A stretch of DNA of 63,705 nucleotides, counting the filler, from Squatina squatina (taxonomy: Eukaryota), in the NCBI GenBank assembly GCA_031763465.1. It is 4 parts of 4 records of this genome, joined end to end, with 100 filler letters (N's around TTAATTAATTAA, not from the genome) between each part and the next. Parts side by side here need not be neighbours in the genome. Positions count along the whole stretch, not along the records: positions 1 to 16,207 come from JARFOE010000043.1; positions 16,308 to 37,924 come from JARFOE010000192.1; 2 more parts are not named here. One strand, given 5' to 3'. Below the pieces are notes generated by a model. That model worked only from the letters and a program-made list of their open reading frames with translations, had not been told where the DNA came from and did not search any database. Below, piece after piece: positions 12,088 through 23,509 of this stretch. Both the position numbers and the translations under genes were made by a program. Positions within the stretch are counted from its first letter, which is position 1, and each line of letters starts with the position of its first letter.

Positions 12088-12857
12088 GGCCGGTGATTTG
12101 TGGTCAGTGGTGAAGCAAAGGCATTCGCCGCTGGCCCCGAAGTAAGCTTCCCGCAAAGATCTCACGTTCTCTGTGGAGAGAAGTTCGGCTTTTCCGACGT
12201 TCAATTGAGATCAGTGTGAGTTAATGGGGAAACCCCGAGCGCGAGCTGCTGTGACATCAACAAGCTGTCTAAGCAGCCAATCACATTGCAGAATTCTCAC
12301 AGACCGGGAACCAGGAAGTGAAGGAGCTCCTTTTAGTCTAACTTTTTAAAAATGTTGGAGAGCAAAACGAAGATTGGGGGTTTCACACGGGGAAAAGGCA
12401 AACCTGAAATAAAGATGGACAAACTATTGAAAAAAAAAATTCTTTTAATTTATTAAAAATTGTAATTTTTATTAAAATGGATAAATTTGACATTCCACAA
12501 TATTAATATTAGTTTTTCAGGAACATAATACTTGTTTCGCAATCAATGTGTTGTTAAAACCCCAGTTACACCTAATCCAAAAGGGTCCAACATTTAAAGG
12601 GGTATTTAGCAGCGATATTACTGTGGGAAAGCTGAAGTGTTTCTCAGTTTCACTAGTTTCATTGATTACACTGATTGCCGGCTCTGGGGGGCGGGGACGT
12701 GTGTTTGTTGGGAGGGGGTGCGGTGGTGAGAACGCAGCCAGTGTCGGAGCAGTGAATGACTCACCGCACATTCAGGATTTCCGTGTTGGAATGCGCTTGT
12801 GCTAAATCCTGAAGTTGAGGTCAGTTTCAAAGGGGTGATAACAGCAAATCCCATGAC
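12088..12857. mobile_element. Non-autonomous element inserted into an inverted L2/SINE tail
   Basis: The flanks rejoin into a single tail sequence: aacaacaacttgcatttatatagcg | cgtctttaatgtagtgaaacacccaag (compare uninterrupted 51422-51472). Confidence 0.55.
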
Positions 12858-13073
12858 AGCGTCTTTAATGTAGTGAAACACCCAAGATGTTGAGACATAG
12901 TCGTATTATTTGGAACACAGACCATATATAAAATGGACAAAGAAACTGGCGAAAGCAGAGGCACCAATGGTACACAATCCAATTGGATACAACACCTCAA
13001 TAGCTCTTTCCCTCCCCGTCCAATAAATGTCAGAATATAAGGCCTAATGGTGGCCGTACTTCCCCTAGCCGAC

Positions 13074-13261
13074 CTTGGGGATGAAATATCCTTTGAAATT
13101 TAAGTCCACTGTTGTTGTATGTGGGAGGTTCAGTGGCAAAATGTTACCAAACCTCTGGATTTCGTGGATCACTGCATTGGTGTACGGCAAACCTTTCCGG
13201 TCTTCAGCTCTGGGAGACCGCTCCGATCCAATAACTCTGATCATTTCCTCGTGAACATTTT
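13074..13261 (-). CDS. CYP2-family exon 7 (K-helix ExxR)
   Basis: 188-bp exon (canonical CYP2 exon 7 length) with gcag|...AAG|GT sites; translates NVHEEMIRVIGSERSPRAEDRKGLPYTNAVIHEIQRFGNILPLNLPHTTTVDLNFKGYFIPK, in phase with exon 8. Confidence 0.93.
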
Positions 13262-13475
13262 CTGCAAGACAAGGATATTTTTAAATGAATGGAAGAACGG
13301 CTGTGGCTTTACTCGGGCAAGTTCAAAACCTCACCCGTGGTAATCAGAGAATATGAGGTGTGCAAAATGGTAGTANNNNNNNNNNNNNNNNNNNNNNNNN
13401 NNNNNNNNNNNNNNNNNNNNNNNNNNNNNNNNNNNNNNNNNNNNNNNNNNNNNNNNNNNNNNNNNNNNNNNNNNN

Positions 13476-13995
13476 CACCACAAGAAGGATGTTTTGGCCT
13501 TTGAGGGGTTGCAGCGCAGATTCACCAGAATGATACCGGGACTAAAAGGGTTAAATTATCAGGTCAGGTTGCATAGACTGGGCTTGTACTCCCTTGAGGA
13601 TGGAAGATTAATGGGTGATCTAATTGAGGTACTTAAGGTGAGTAAAATATTTGATAGTATAGATAGAGAGAAAAATTTCCTGTGGTGGGTCCAAAACAAG
13701 GAGACATAACCCTAAAGTTAGAGCTAGGCCATTCAGGAGTGATGTCAGGAAGCACTTCTTCACACAAAGGCTCGTGGCAGTCTGGAACTCCCTCCCCCAA
13801 AACATTGTTGAGGCTCAGTCAATTGAAATTTTCTAAATTGAGACTGATATATTTTTGTTGAGTAAGGGTATCAAGGGATAATGAACCAAGGTGGTTAAAT
13901 GAAGTTAAGATACAAATCACCCATGATCTAATTCAATGTCAGAACAGGCTCGAGGACTGAGTGGCCTATTCCTGTTCCTATGCCCCATGTTCCTA
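13476..13995 (+). mobile_element. CR1 LINE 3' fragment
   Basis: ORF 13494-13709 gives EGLQRRFTRMIPGLKGLNY..GDLIEV. The tail is cctattcctgttcctatg..gttccta. Confidence 0.88.
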
Positions 13996-14790
13996 TTTCT
14001 TTTCAGAGCTGATGAACAGCAGGAAGTATGGCTGTAGACCATAAAGTGAATTTATTTAAAAAACAAAGAGGTGCAATGGGAAAGTGAAAAGGTCGATATC
14101 GTGGAAGGATCAGGTCAAATGACCCGAAGGTCTTCATCCAAGGGTCTTATCAAAAGTATACCTTGGGTGGTAGATTTGAGTTAGGCTTTGATCTGTTATA
14201 AGCAAGGTACTGCCATGTGTTGTTGCTCGCTTGTAATAAATGAGTTGCTTACTGCTGCATGCTGGCCATCTGCACTTTCTGACGACATCAGCATTTAGGT
14301 CAATTGTCTGCTTTATCAGCATTTGTGTTTCAAAAGCCACCCCATTTGAATTTCCAGGTCATTGGTGCATGGGGCCAAAGAGGGGAAAATCCAACAATTT
14401 CAACGAGTTAAAGGCAATGCAACATCATATAATTTTTTTGAACCTTCATAATAAATGGTTGGATGGAGGGTTTTGGAAGGGTTACTGCACCAGGCAGTGT
14501 GAGGGAGATGGATTAACAGTAGCAGGCTCTATTATTAAGTCAGAACTCAGCTTCAGGGATTGTGGCATTGCAATTGTATATGTTGGTGCCACTCTCATTC
14601 TGTCTGGTTCAATAAATTCTCAGTCAACCTGTTCACTGGGCACAGACATTAGATCATGATAAATGGATGTTTGGCTTACTACAGCACCTANNNNNNNNNN
14701 NNNNNNNNNNNNNNNNNNNNNNNNNNNNNNNNNNNNNNNNNNNNNNNNNNNNNNNNNNNNNNNNNNNNNNNNNNNNNNNNNNNNNNNNNN

Positions 14791-16130
14791 CGTCGCCCGG
14801 ATCCGACTTCTGTACGCCGCCGCGGAGTGTCTGATTAAAGTTAACGGGTCTTTGACGGCGCCCCTTCACTTCGGGAGAGGGGTGCATCAGGGATGCCCCA
14901 TGGCTGGCCAGTTATATGCCATCTGCGTAGAGTCTGTTCTGTGCCTCCTGCGGAAGAGGCTGACAGGACTGGCTCTTCAAGGGCGGGCGTGGAGGTCGTC
15001 CTCGCGGCTTACGCCGATGATGTGCTCCTCGTGGTCACTGATCCCGTTGACCTGTGGAGGATGCGTGAGTGCCAGCACGTATATTCGGCCACGTCCTCTG
15101 CTCAGGTCAATTGGGAGAAACGTTCCGGACTCCTGGTGGTGGGTGGACTCTCTGCTGGAGGAGTTCAGGCCTTTCACCTGGAGCACCACATATCTCCTCT
15201 ACCTGGTAGTCTACCTTAGCCCTGCTGAAGAAGCCTGGCTGGCGAACTGGCAAGAGCTGGAGGCCAAAGTCACCGCTCACCTGGGACGCTGAACAGGATT
15301 GCTCCAAATGCTCTCCTAATGGGGTTGAGTGTTGGTCATAAACCAACTGGTAGCTAACATGTTGTGGTACCGGTTGGTCACTTTGATACATCCCCCGACG
15401 TTTGTCGCAAAAATACAGTAGCAGCTCGTTGACTTCTTTTGGGACAAAAAGAAGCATTGGGTCTCTGCTGCGGTTCTGAGTCTCCTGCTTAAGGAGGGCG
15501 GTCAGTGGCTGGTGTGCGTTCGTACCCAGGCTGTGACTTTCCGCTTTCAGACCCTGCAGAGAAACCTGTACGTTGAGCCTCCTCCCCAATGGTGTGTGCT
15601 GGTGACGTATTTCTTCTGCCAGATGCACGGCCTGAACTATGACGGGAAGCTCCGTTTTATTAAGTTGTATACGATAAGTGCATCCCTATAGGTTCTGCCT
15701 GTCTTCTATCGTGATCTGTTCAGAGTCTGGAATATTGTTGCCTCTAGCAGGAGCTCTCCCCTGTCAGGGGTAGTGGCCATCCTAGCCAAGTCGCTGTTTC
15801 ATAATTAACACCTGCGCATAGTCAATACTAGAACAGGAGGGCCCTGGCTGTAAAGGTAACCAGCATCATGGTCTTACTGGGTGGCAGGGGAGTGGGCTGG
15901 ATTTCGATAGTAATGTTGCAATGTCCTGATGCTACGGCTGGCTCACGGCCAAAGCCATCCTGGCACTGAAAGTTCTCTTTGCCCTGACTGCACCAGCTGT
16001 ATTAAGGGAGCTCAAGTTTGTGGATAAAATTGTCTGAACTGGGGTTTCTCATTGGGGAAGCCTCAAAACCTTCCTTGGAAACCTACACCTCACAATTTCC
16101 TCTGTGCCATTCCACTCTGCACGGAAGTGT
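14791..16130 (+). mobile_element. Tx1/L1-clade LINE ORF2 (RT) fragment, degenerate
   Basis: RIRLLYAAAECLIKVNGSLTAPLHFGRGVHQGCPMAGQLY, then after a frameshift VVLAAYADDVLLVV..YSATSSAQVNWEK. Downstream RVLVINQLV and KEGGQ-like segments contain stops. Confidence 0.85.
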
Positions 16131-16207
16131 TAGATCAACTGAATAGATTAATCCAAATGATATAGGTTAGGACATCAGAGTTAAATCAACTCATTGGTTT
16201 TATTATT

Positions 16208-16307
16208 NNNNNNNNNNNNNNNNNNNNNNNNNNNNNNNNNNNNNNNNNNNNTTAATTAATTAANNNNNNNNNNNNNNNNNNNNNNNNNNNNNNNNNNNNN
16301 NNNNNNN
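16208..16307. other. Artificial scaffold-concatenation spacer (44N-TTAATTAATTAA-44N)
   Basis: The same 100-bp structure occurs three times. TTAATTAATTAA places stop codons in all six frames. Confidence 0.9.
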
Positions 16308-16860
16308 TTTGCATTCATATCGCACCTCATCTCATCCGTGGAACAATCCAAAAGATTTCACAGCCAAAGAGACACTTTTGAAGTGTAGGGAAACGCGGCA
16401 GCCAATTTGCCCTCAGCAACTTCCCACACACAGCGTTGCGATAAATGATTGGTTAATCTGTTTCGGTGGTCTTGCTGAGGGAAACCCTCCCTTTAATTTT
16501 TATTTCTGGGTGCTCGGCCCATTCAAAACACCACACATAAGCGGGTTTTCCTATTTAAAATGCGGTGAGTTAACTGCGCTGGAGCTGCAGAGCGCTGTGC
16601 GACTGCGTAGCTTAAAGGGAGCATTGGTCGAAGGACCCCCGGCCAGGACACTGCCTTTTTCTGGGCTGCACCAAGTGGATCCTTCACGTTCACCTGAGCG
16701 GGCAGACAGGACCTCGGTTTATCGTCTCTTCAGAAAGGACGACGCCTCCGACAGTGTAGCCCTCGTTACTGCACCGGGCGTGTCAACGCTTTAAGTCCGA
16801 GAATGGGGCTCGAACCCATGACCTTCTGACTCGTAAGTGAGAACGCTGCCAGCTAAACCA
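16308..16860 (-). mobile_element. DeuSINE (SacSINE1-like), interrupted by an insert at about 16483-16640
   Basis: Reverse complement of the tail (16308-16480) and of the tRNA-like head (gggctcgaacccatgaccttctgactc..gtgagaacgctgcc, 16805-16855). Confidence 0.75.
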
Positions 16861-16920
16861 AGTTTGGGAAAAAAAATGCAGCATGTCAGGCAATCTGAAA
16901 ATAGACCAAAAGATACTTAC

Positions 16921-16978
16921 TGACAAGGGGTGGAGCTTCTCGTCAAATATATCTAACAACATTCGTCCATCTGAATCT
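16921..16978 (-). CDS. CCNY: Cyclin Y internal exon
   Basis: 58-bp exon, ttccccccag|...|GTAAGT; translates (R)[19 protein letters not shown] vs recalled human CCNY [20 protein letters not shown]. Confidence 0.92.
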
Positions 16979-17083
16979 CTGGGGGGAAAATAAAAGTCAG
17001 TGATAGCGAGATTGGGTTGTGAACAAACGGTTAATAAAGAGTCAGTAATAGTTCAAATGAATTGCTTTAGAACAGCAACATAC

Positions 17084-17119
17084 CTGTTTCTGATGTGGTA
17101 ATATATTGCAAGAGCTACA
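17084..17119 (-). CDS. CCNY: Cyclin Y internal micro-exon
   Basis: 36-bp exon, ctttacag|...|GTATGT; translates (C)VALAIYYHIRN(R) vs human CVALAIYYHIKNR. It splices in phase to 16921-16978 across a 105-bp intron. Confidence 0.9.
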
Positions 17120-17654
17120 CTGTAAAGAAAAATGAGTATTAGCATCAGTCCTGGGAGAATGTCAGTGATATTTAACTGTAGGTAACAGATATCATTGTTA
17201 ACATTTTCTGCTCATCAACTGCAAACTGAAATGGTTGTGATGACACAGTAGTTGCTAATCTTTCAATCCAGGCTTGCACAAGGACAGACACTAAACGGAA
17301 TCATTTTAGCATTAAAAATATTATCCTGGAGTTAATGTAAAGGTATGAATCTGAATTTGGGATTCAGTCACGGACTATAGTGAACCTCCCACAGTTCTGA
17401 TTTGATCAAAAATACCTGAATGAATTGGTGGGACATTGAGTTAGCAATTCCCAACTATGATGGCGGTGCGTTTCCAACATGAAATTAATCTAGCTAGATT
17501 CAACCCAGTTCCACAGCACAAAATTACTGATAGTTCAGCACAAATTAGCAATCTCGCTCAAAAAAGCCATAAAGTTGGCTGGTGGGAAAGCAGGGAAAAA
17601 TAATTATTCTGCTGCAGTAGAGGATGCTCATCTGAGGTTAGGACTTTTAAAAAA

Positions 17655-17877
17655 TTTGTTCCGGGATGTGGGCATCGCTGGCAACGCCAGCATTTATTGC
17701 CCATCCCTAACTGCCCTTGAGAAGGTGGTGGTGAGCTGCCTTCTTGAACAGCTGCAGTCCATGTGGTGAAGGCACTCCCACAGTGGTGTTAGGGAGGGAA
17801 TTCGAGGATTTTGACCCAGTGACGATGAAGGAATGGTGATGTATTTCCAAATCAGGATGGTGAGCAACTTGGAGGGG
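17655..17877 (-). mobile_element. 3' end of a CR1/L2-group LINE
   Basis: gggatgtgggcatcgctggcaacgccagcatttattgcccatccctaactgcccttgagaagg. Other copies lie at 540-800 and (inverted) 44125-44300. Confidence 0.7.
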
Positions 17878-17977
17878 NNNNNNNNNNNNNNNNNNNNNNN
17901 NNNNNNNNNNNNNNNNNNNNNNNNNNNNNNNNNNNNNNNNNNNNNNNNNNNNNNNNNNNNNNNNNNNNNNNNNNNNN

Positions 17978-18455
17978 CTTGCCCACCAAGCCAAACTTCC
18001 CCCAAGGTTTCCCCCATGCCCGAGCCCTGAACTTGCATCTTTCACGAGTTTCTCTCCTATCTCTCCTGATGCCCTCTCTGAGCTCATCTTACCCGCGAGA
18101 CCAAGCTCCTGCTCTCTCAACCCTATTCCCACTAAATTGTTGACCATCCAATTTCCTTTGCTGGACCCCATGCAAGCTGATAATGGAAACATTTGCCTCT
18201 CCTCAGGCACTGTCCCCCTCGCTTTCAAATCTGCCGTCAGCAACCCCCTCAAAAAAACAACAACCCTTGATCCTTCCGTCCTTGCAAATGACCACTCCGG
18301 CTCCAACCTCCACTTTCCTCTTCACAGTCCTTGAACATTGTGTTGCCTCTCAAGTCTGTGCCAATCCTACCCACAACTCCATGTCTGAACCTTTGCAATC
18401 AGATTTCTGCCTCTGCCACAGCACTGAAAAGGCCCTGATCAAAATCACAAACCCA
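17978..18455 (+). mobile_element. L2 LINE ORF2 fragment
   Basis: PSSCSLNPIPTKLL..CLSSGTVPLAFKSAVSNPLKKTTTLDPSVLAN..EPLQSDFCLCHSTEKALIKITN are degenerate L2 RT N-terminal motifs. Confidence 0.85.
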
Positions 18456-18699
18456 TAGCCATCATCATAGCAACGTACACTACTGCATGCAATTTAATTC
18501 TGTTTCACAAAAACAAAAATAGATGTGCTACAGATAAGATTATAGAACCTCGCAGGGTGACTTTGATACCACCATTGGCTGATTATATGGTTTTTCAGAC
18601 ATCTCAAAATACAAGGGCTACAGATTGAATTTTTGTCCATTACTTGTATGACTCAGAACTGATTTATTCAACATGATAAAAAACTGGATTGGTACAAAG

Positions 18700-18950
18700 T
18701 CTACACGTATCTCTGGATTGCACTCAAATCCTTTAAGTACATATTAGCAATATTACTACTGTAGTTACTTAAAAAGAACCCTTTAAAAAGGCACAGTGGC
18801 ACTGTGCAATGCCAAAAACTGCCACAGTACATTCAATGAAATAGGTGTGTAGACCTATATGGATTTCACTTGAAATTCTTTTTTAAAGTACGTATTAGCA
18901 ATGTTGTTGCTTACTTAAAAAGAACCTTTCCGAAGGTGCGTTGGGAGTGC
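18700..18950. repeat. Two-copy diverged tandem duplication (about 150-bp period)
   Basis: aagtacatattagcaatattactactgtagttacttaaaaagaacc vs aagtacgtattagcaatgttgttgcttacttaaaaagaacc. Confidence 0.7.
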
Positions 18951-21900
18951 CAACATGGAGCATCTTGGTCAGGTTCAATCCCTCGCTTAGAGGGAGGGAA
19001 AACCTGAAGGTCAACCATTGCTAAGTTGCTCAGTGCACCACCTGGCTGTCAATACCTGAGACAGCCAAACCCAGCAGCAGGTCACCCACTTACTTACCTT
19101 CTCTGCCATCATTGGTGATGGGATGTCCAGTCACCTTGTTCCTGTTCTCTGGAAGTTCCTCCCTAAAATTTTCCACCTCCACCGCTAGCATCATATAATA
19201 CAGCANNNNNNNNNNNNNNNNNNNNNNNNNNNNNNNNNNNNNNNNNNNNNNNNNNNNNNNNNNNNNNNNNNNNNNNNNNNNNNNNNNNNNNNNNNNNNNN
19301 NNNNNCCTGCTGTATTTTGGCTACAATTAGCTCCCACAGCGCACACAAAGATGACAAGTACAATGTCTGGACGGGCTACTTTGTAGACACTGCACCACCC
19401 CAGCCTCAGAAATTGGGATCACTCAAACATTTCTTTGTACGATTCTTCAGGTTATATTATTCAAGAGTTTTTTTTTGAAGAAATCATAAAACCTCTGTCT
19501 TCACTAGATATTTGTTTCAATACAAAGCCTACTTATTTGTAGGGGAAGGTTTTCTACTGAGGCTCAAGGCTTAACCACCAAACAAACTCCTGACATCAAA
19601 TTGTAGATATACAAGAATGTTTTTCATTCTAGACCGAGAATGGAGGGCTTGTGCTCAGCAGACAGCAGTGAGCACACATGACTAAATTCATTTTTAAAAA
19701 GTCCTCTTCAGAACAGTGCAGTGCTGTGGGTAATAAAACCCATTTGGGAACTCGAAGATTACAGATCTGAAAAACAGCAGCACATTTCAGCAGGCTTTCC
19801 AGCATTTGGCGTGGAGGCCATCGCACCTATTTCCCCACGAAAGGCCAGCCTGCGTTGGAGACTGGATGACCCGGTGATCTAGAACATCATTATTATTATT
19901 GTACCTCTCGTTTTGATTTCAATTCAATTGACACTGGCAGAACAAAACTCTCCCCTTTCTCTCCTGGCTGTTAAATTTCAAAATTAAATCCGTTTTGGCT
20001 ATCCAGTGAACAGAAATCAAACATCAGATAATTCAACTCTGATCAGTAGTCTAAAGAGCGGGGACAAGGAAAGGAAATGTTACACTGATGTAATAGTATT
20101 TTGCAATATGATATAATCTCTTGACATTTAGGATAAGGCGCACTGTTAGCAGAATGTAGACAAGAGTAAAGTTGTACCTTGTGTTTGACCTGGATTCTTT
20201 GATACTTGATGTGGACTTTGGCTGACAAAAGTGGAAAAGTGTCCCAAGTGCCACATTCCTCAACATCGACATCCCCAGAGTTCAAATGTTGGCCCGTAAA
20301 ACGTAAATAAGCATTTGCTTGTTTTCAGTGAATGGACTGACATGCAGTGCTCTTTAATCATCACCCAACCCAAGCGGAGAATAAACTGGATTTTCAAAGC
20401 CAATTGGGAAAATAATTTCTGAACCTTCTGCACTTACAGAGCACTATTGTTATTCTAGTAAAGCACAGCTTTTCAGCTTCATTCGTTCACCAACTTAGTC
20501 ATGGATACCTGCTTCTGCAGCATATTTAGCCCCAATAACACAGAAATCATGCAGACCAGGGAGGGATTAGCTCATCTCAACTAGAAGGACAGTAGGATTT
20601 AGCATCTTTGTGCTGGGGAGTGATAAACACATATAAAAAGGTTTGTGCGAGTTACTTTTTAAACCACCCTAAATCAATACAGCTCTCTTTTCATAAATCA
20701 CTCTCCCCAAACCTTGGGAGAGTATCTATCCTTACCTTGTGATCTAGGTAAGCTTTTGGTGGCATGACTAGCAAACTCAGCTGTTAATTCCCATAAGTTA
20801 CTGGGCTATTATAAAGTTCATAAGATTTCAATTCAGTCTTTGAAATTGATGAGTGTTACTATAGACTTGGGGGCCGAAATTGCCCCCTTTCTATAGCCCC
20901 GGGTCCGGGGGGTGCTACCTCTTCCTGGGAAATTGCCCGGGAGGTCGCAGAGACACTCGGCCATTAACGTCACGCCCTGGCCCAGCGCACAACCATCAGC
21001 NNNNNNNNNNNNNNNNNNNNNNNNNNNNNNNNNNNNNNNNNNNNNNNNNNNNNNNNNNNNNNNNNNNNNNNNNNNNNNNNNNNNNNNNNNNNNNNNNNNN
21101 CTGTACTACTGATCAAAAACCTGTCTACAGCACCCTTGTATTTTGTAAGTGGAGAATGAAGGTGCTTTACAAAAAGATACATGTTTTCCATTAAAAATGT
21201 ATTTTTCCACCTCGGCATACTGTCAACCAGCTCACAGTTGTCCACTTATAATTTGACACATGCTTCGCAGCAAATCAGTGTTCAGTTCTATTACAGTTGG
21301 GGGGTGGGGAGGGAGAGAAGAAGAAACATTTTCATGAATACATAATAAATGTTCACCCCACCACTCTCAAAAACACACACAGCCCATATAGATCTTTTTG
21401 ATTAGTAGCACTGGACTGATGGAAAAAGGAGACAGGGAGGGAGGCACTTCCTGGAGCCGAGGACAACAAAACACATGCTCACGGTGCTGAAACCCATTCA
21501 ATTCTTTTTAAATTGTAGGAAAGACGGTGGAAGGAAAATGTGATTTTGGGCGGGCTGCCAAAACAGGGCAAGAACTTTCCAAATGCGCATTCTTTTCAGA
21601 TTGTTATTGCGAGGGCACTGCAGCTTTAAGCCCCAGGCTCCAGCTCAGGAAGAAGAAAGGAGCAGCCTGTTAAGTAACACAGTCCTCTCTTTGTGTTGGG
21701 CCCACGTCCATTTAAAGGCTTGCGTTTACTCACTGCTGGTATATGACAGTGATTTATAGATTGAATCATATTTCAAAGAACGGTACAGGTCCTGCATACC
21801 CAGCATTTAGAGTAAATTCTACATGTGACCCGTGTTAAAAGACTCCAGTGTAAACACATGCGATGAGTGTACACTCTCCAAAACGTACTGCTGGAAGCAA

Positions 21901-23090
21901 AGAGGAGGTGATGGCATCCAAAGGTCAGTGTGAAGAAAATAATTCAGCATCAGATCAGCACCCGTCACTGACACGGCCAACACAGTTTATACCTTAGAAG
22001 GTAATGTTTGCATCAAGCTCATTTAGGGGTCTTNNNNNNNNNNNNNNNNNNNNNNNNNNNNNNNNNNNNNNNNNNNNNNNNNNNNNNNNNNNNNNNNNNN
22101 NNNNNNNNNNNNNNNNNNNNNNNNNNNNNNNNNATTTGTGATTTCGATCCCTCATACCATCGCGAAGCACCAGCCCCTCGGAGCAGAGACTCCAGTCCAC
22201 GCCAGAGATTACCACGGTTGAGTCGACACACACATCAAACCAAGCAGAACATTCCTAAGTGCCAATCCCAGTCACAGGGCTCTCACTGGATCTTCCACAC
22301 ACACAAAAAAAAAATCAATAATGGGGCACTGCAACTTGAAACATCTTCCCCAATACGGTCAGAAAGTAGAATTATCCATAAGAGGGCTGGGAAATAAAGT
22401 AACCGTGGGGAGTTATCCCATCCCACCGCCAGTCACCATTGGGTTCACTACCAGCCCAAGGGCAGGCTCGCAGCCTCACGGCGCGCCTCCACCTGGGGTG
22501 ACTCGGAGCCGCGGGGGGGGAAATCCTCGCATTCGCTCCCTCCTACAAAATTCCCGCAGTGCCGATAAAATTATGAAGGTGATCAGATTTATTTGAACAG
22601 GTAAACTCGGGAGTGCCAGTATTGAAACGAGGTGCTGTGCCAGAGGCGCGTATGCCTGTCATTTGCTTGTGTCCATTATTTAAGAATCAGGTTTTTTTTA
22701 ATTAAAAAGGGAATGATCAGCTTCTGAAGCTGTTCTCCGACCGTTTCCCACTTCAGACTCGCACCACAACAGCAAGTTATCAGCAGCAGCCATTTCATCT
22801 TAACAAAAAAAAAAATTAAATAAATTTATATATTGCATTAGAGTCCAGAGGCAGTGAGTGAGAGGTGAGCACAATTTCTGACAAGGCTGCTGTACAGAAG
22901 CGCTGGCCACTCATAAATACAGAGCTTCTCTCTCCCCCGCCCCCGGGCCGCATACATGTTCTGCTCAGGCCGGTGGGAAGACTTCGTCCAGATCGGAGTG
23001 AGTGAAGGAAGGAGCCAGGCCCCGTGCTGAGGGGAAAAAGAAGGAAAAGGAGAAACAAGATGAAGGAGAAGCAAGAGCGTCGCCACATAC

Positions 23091-23241
23091 CGTCCACCGC
23101 CTCCCTGTCGCTGATGTGCTGCAGGTTACAGCCCGTGTCCTCCCGACTGATGTCGGTGTCGGTGCGGTAAGTCTCCAGCCGAGCGTGGTTCCTCCGCAGT
23201 TTGGGGCTGGACGAGACGCAGCATGAAGTGGTCTTCCCCAT
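23091..23241 (-). CDS. CCNY: Cyclin Y first coding exon
   Basis: ATG at 23241; translates [50 protein letters not shown](G) vs human [51 protein letters not shown]. The donor is G|GTATGT. Confidence 0.95.
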
Positions 23242-23242
23242 C

Positions 23243-23263
23243 CTTCTCTCTCTCTCTCTCTCT
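23243..23263 (-). repeat. (GA)n microsatellite immediately upstream of the CCNY start codon
   Basis: cttctctctctctctctctc on the + strand abuts the ATG. Confidence 0.85.
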
Positions 23264-23509
23264 CGGAGGCTTTTCCCCCTCCCTCTTTTCCTGGATTTGA
23301 ATGAAGGCTCNNNNNNNNNNNNNNNNNNNNNNNNNNNNNNNNNNNNNNNNNNNNNNNNNNNNNNNNNNNNNNNNNNNNNNNNNNNNNNNNNNNNNNNNNN
23401 NNNNNNNNNNTGTTATTGCTAATCTTATTAAATACAATACGGTTGAGCCTGAAAAATGTGTGTCCGAGTCTGATCTGTCCTTTTAATCCCTATCGTTCAG
23501 AACTTGTAG

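Larger units (their letters stand above)
22140..23290 (-). promoter_or_regulatory. CpG-rich region spanning CCNY exon 1 and proximal intron 1
   Basis: Visibly higher CpG/GC than the AT-rich background and coincides with the first coding exon. A (GA)n tract lies just 5' of the ATG. Confidence 0.5.

Noticed and set aside
14050-14660. ORFs 14134-14340 and 14240-14659 as upstream CYP exons or a retroviral remnant
   Set aside because: There is no P450 I-helix motif (AGxET) and no recognisable retroelement motif.
16252-16263. TTAATTAATTAA as a biological motif (homeodomain site or piggyBac TTAA)
   Set aside because: It is centred identically within N runs three times, so it is a synthetic linker.
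19098-19162. Candidate 65-bp minus-strand exon with a perfect AAG|GTAAGT donor inside CCNY
   Set aside because: The acceptor has a poor polypyrimidine tract and no frame resembles CCNY.
20043-20285. Possible decayed RTE-type LINE fragment
   Set aside because: There is only a vague resemblance and no diagnostic motif.
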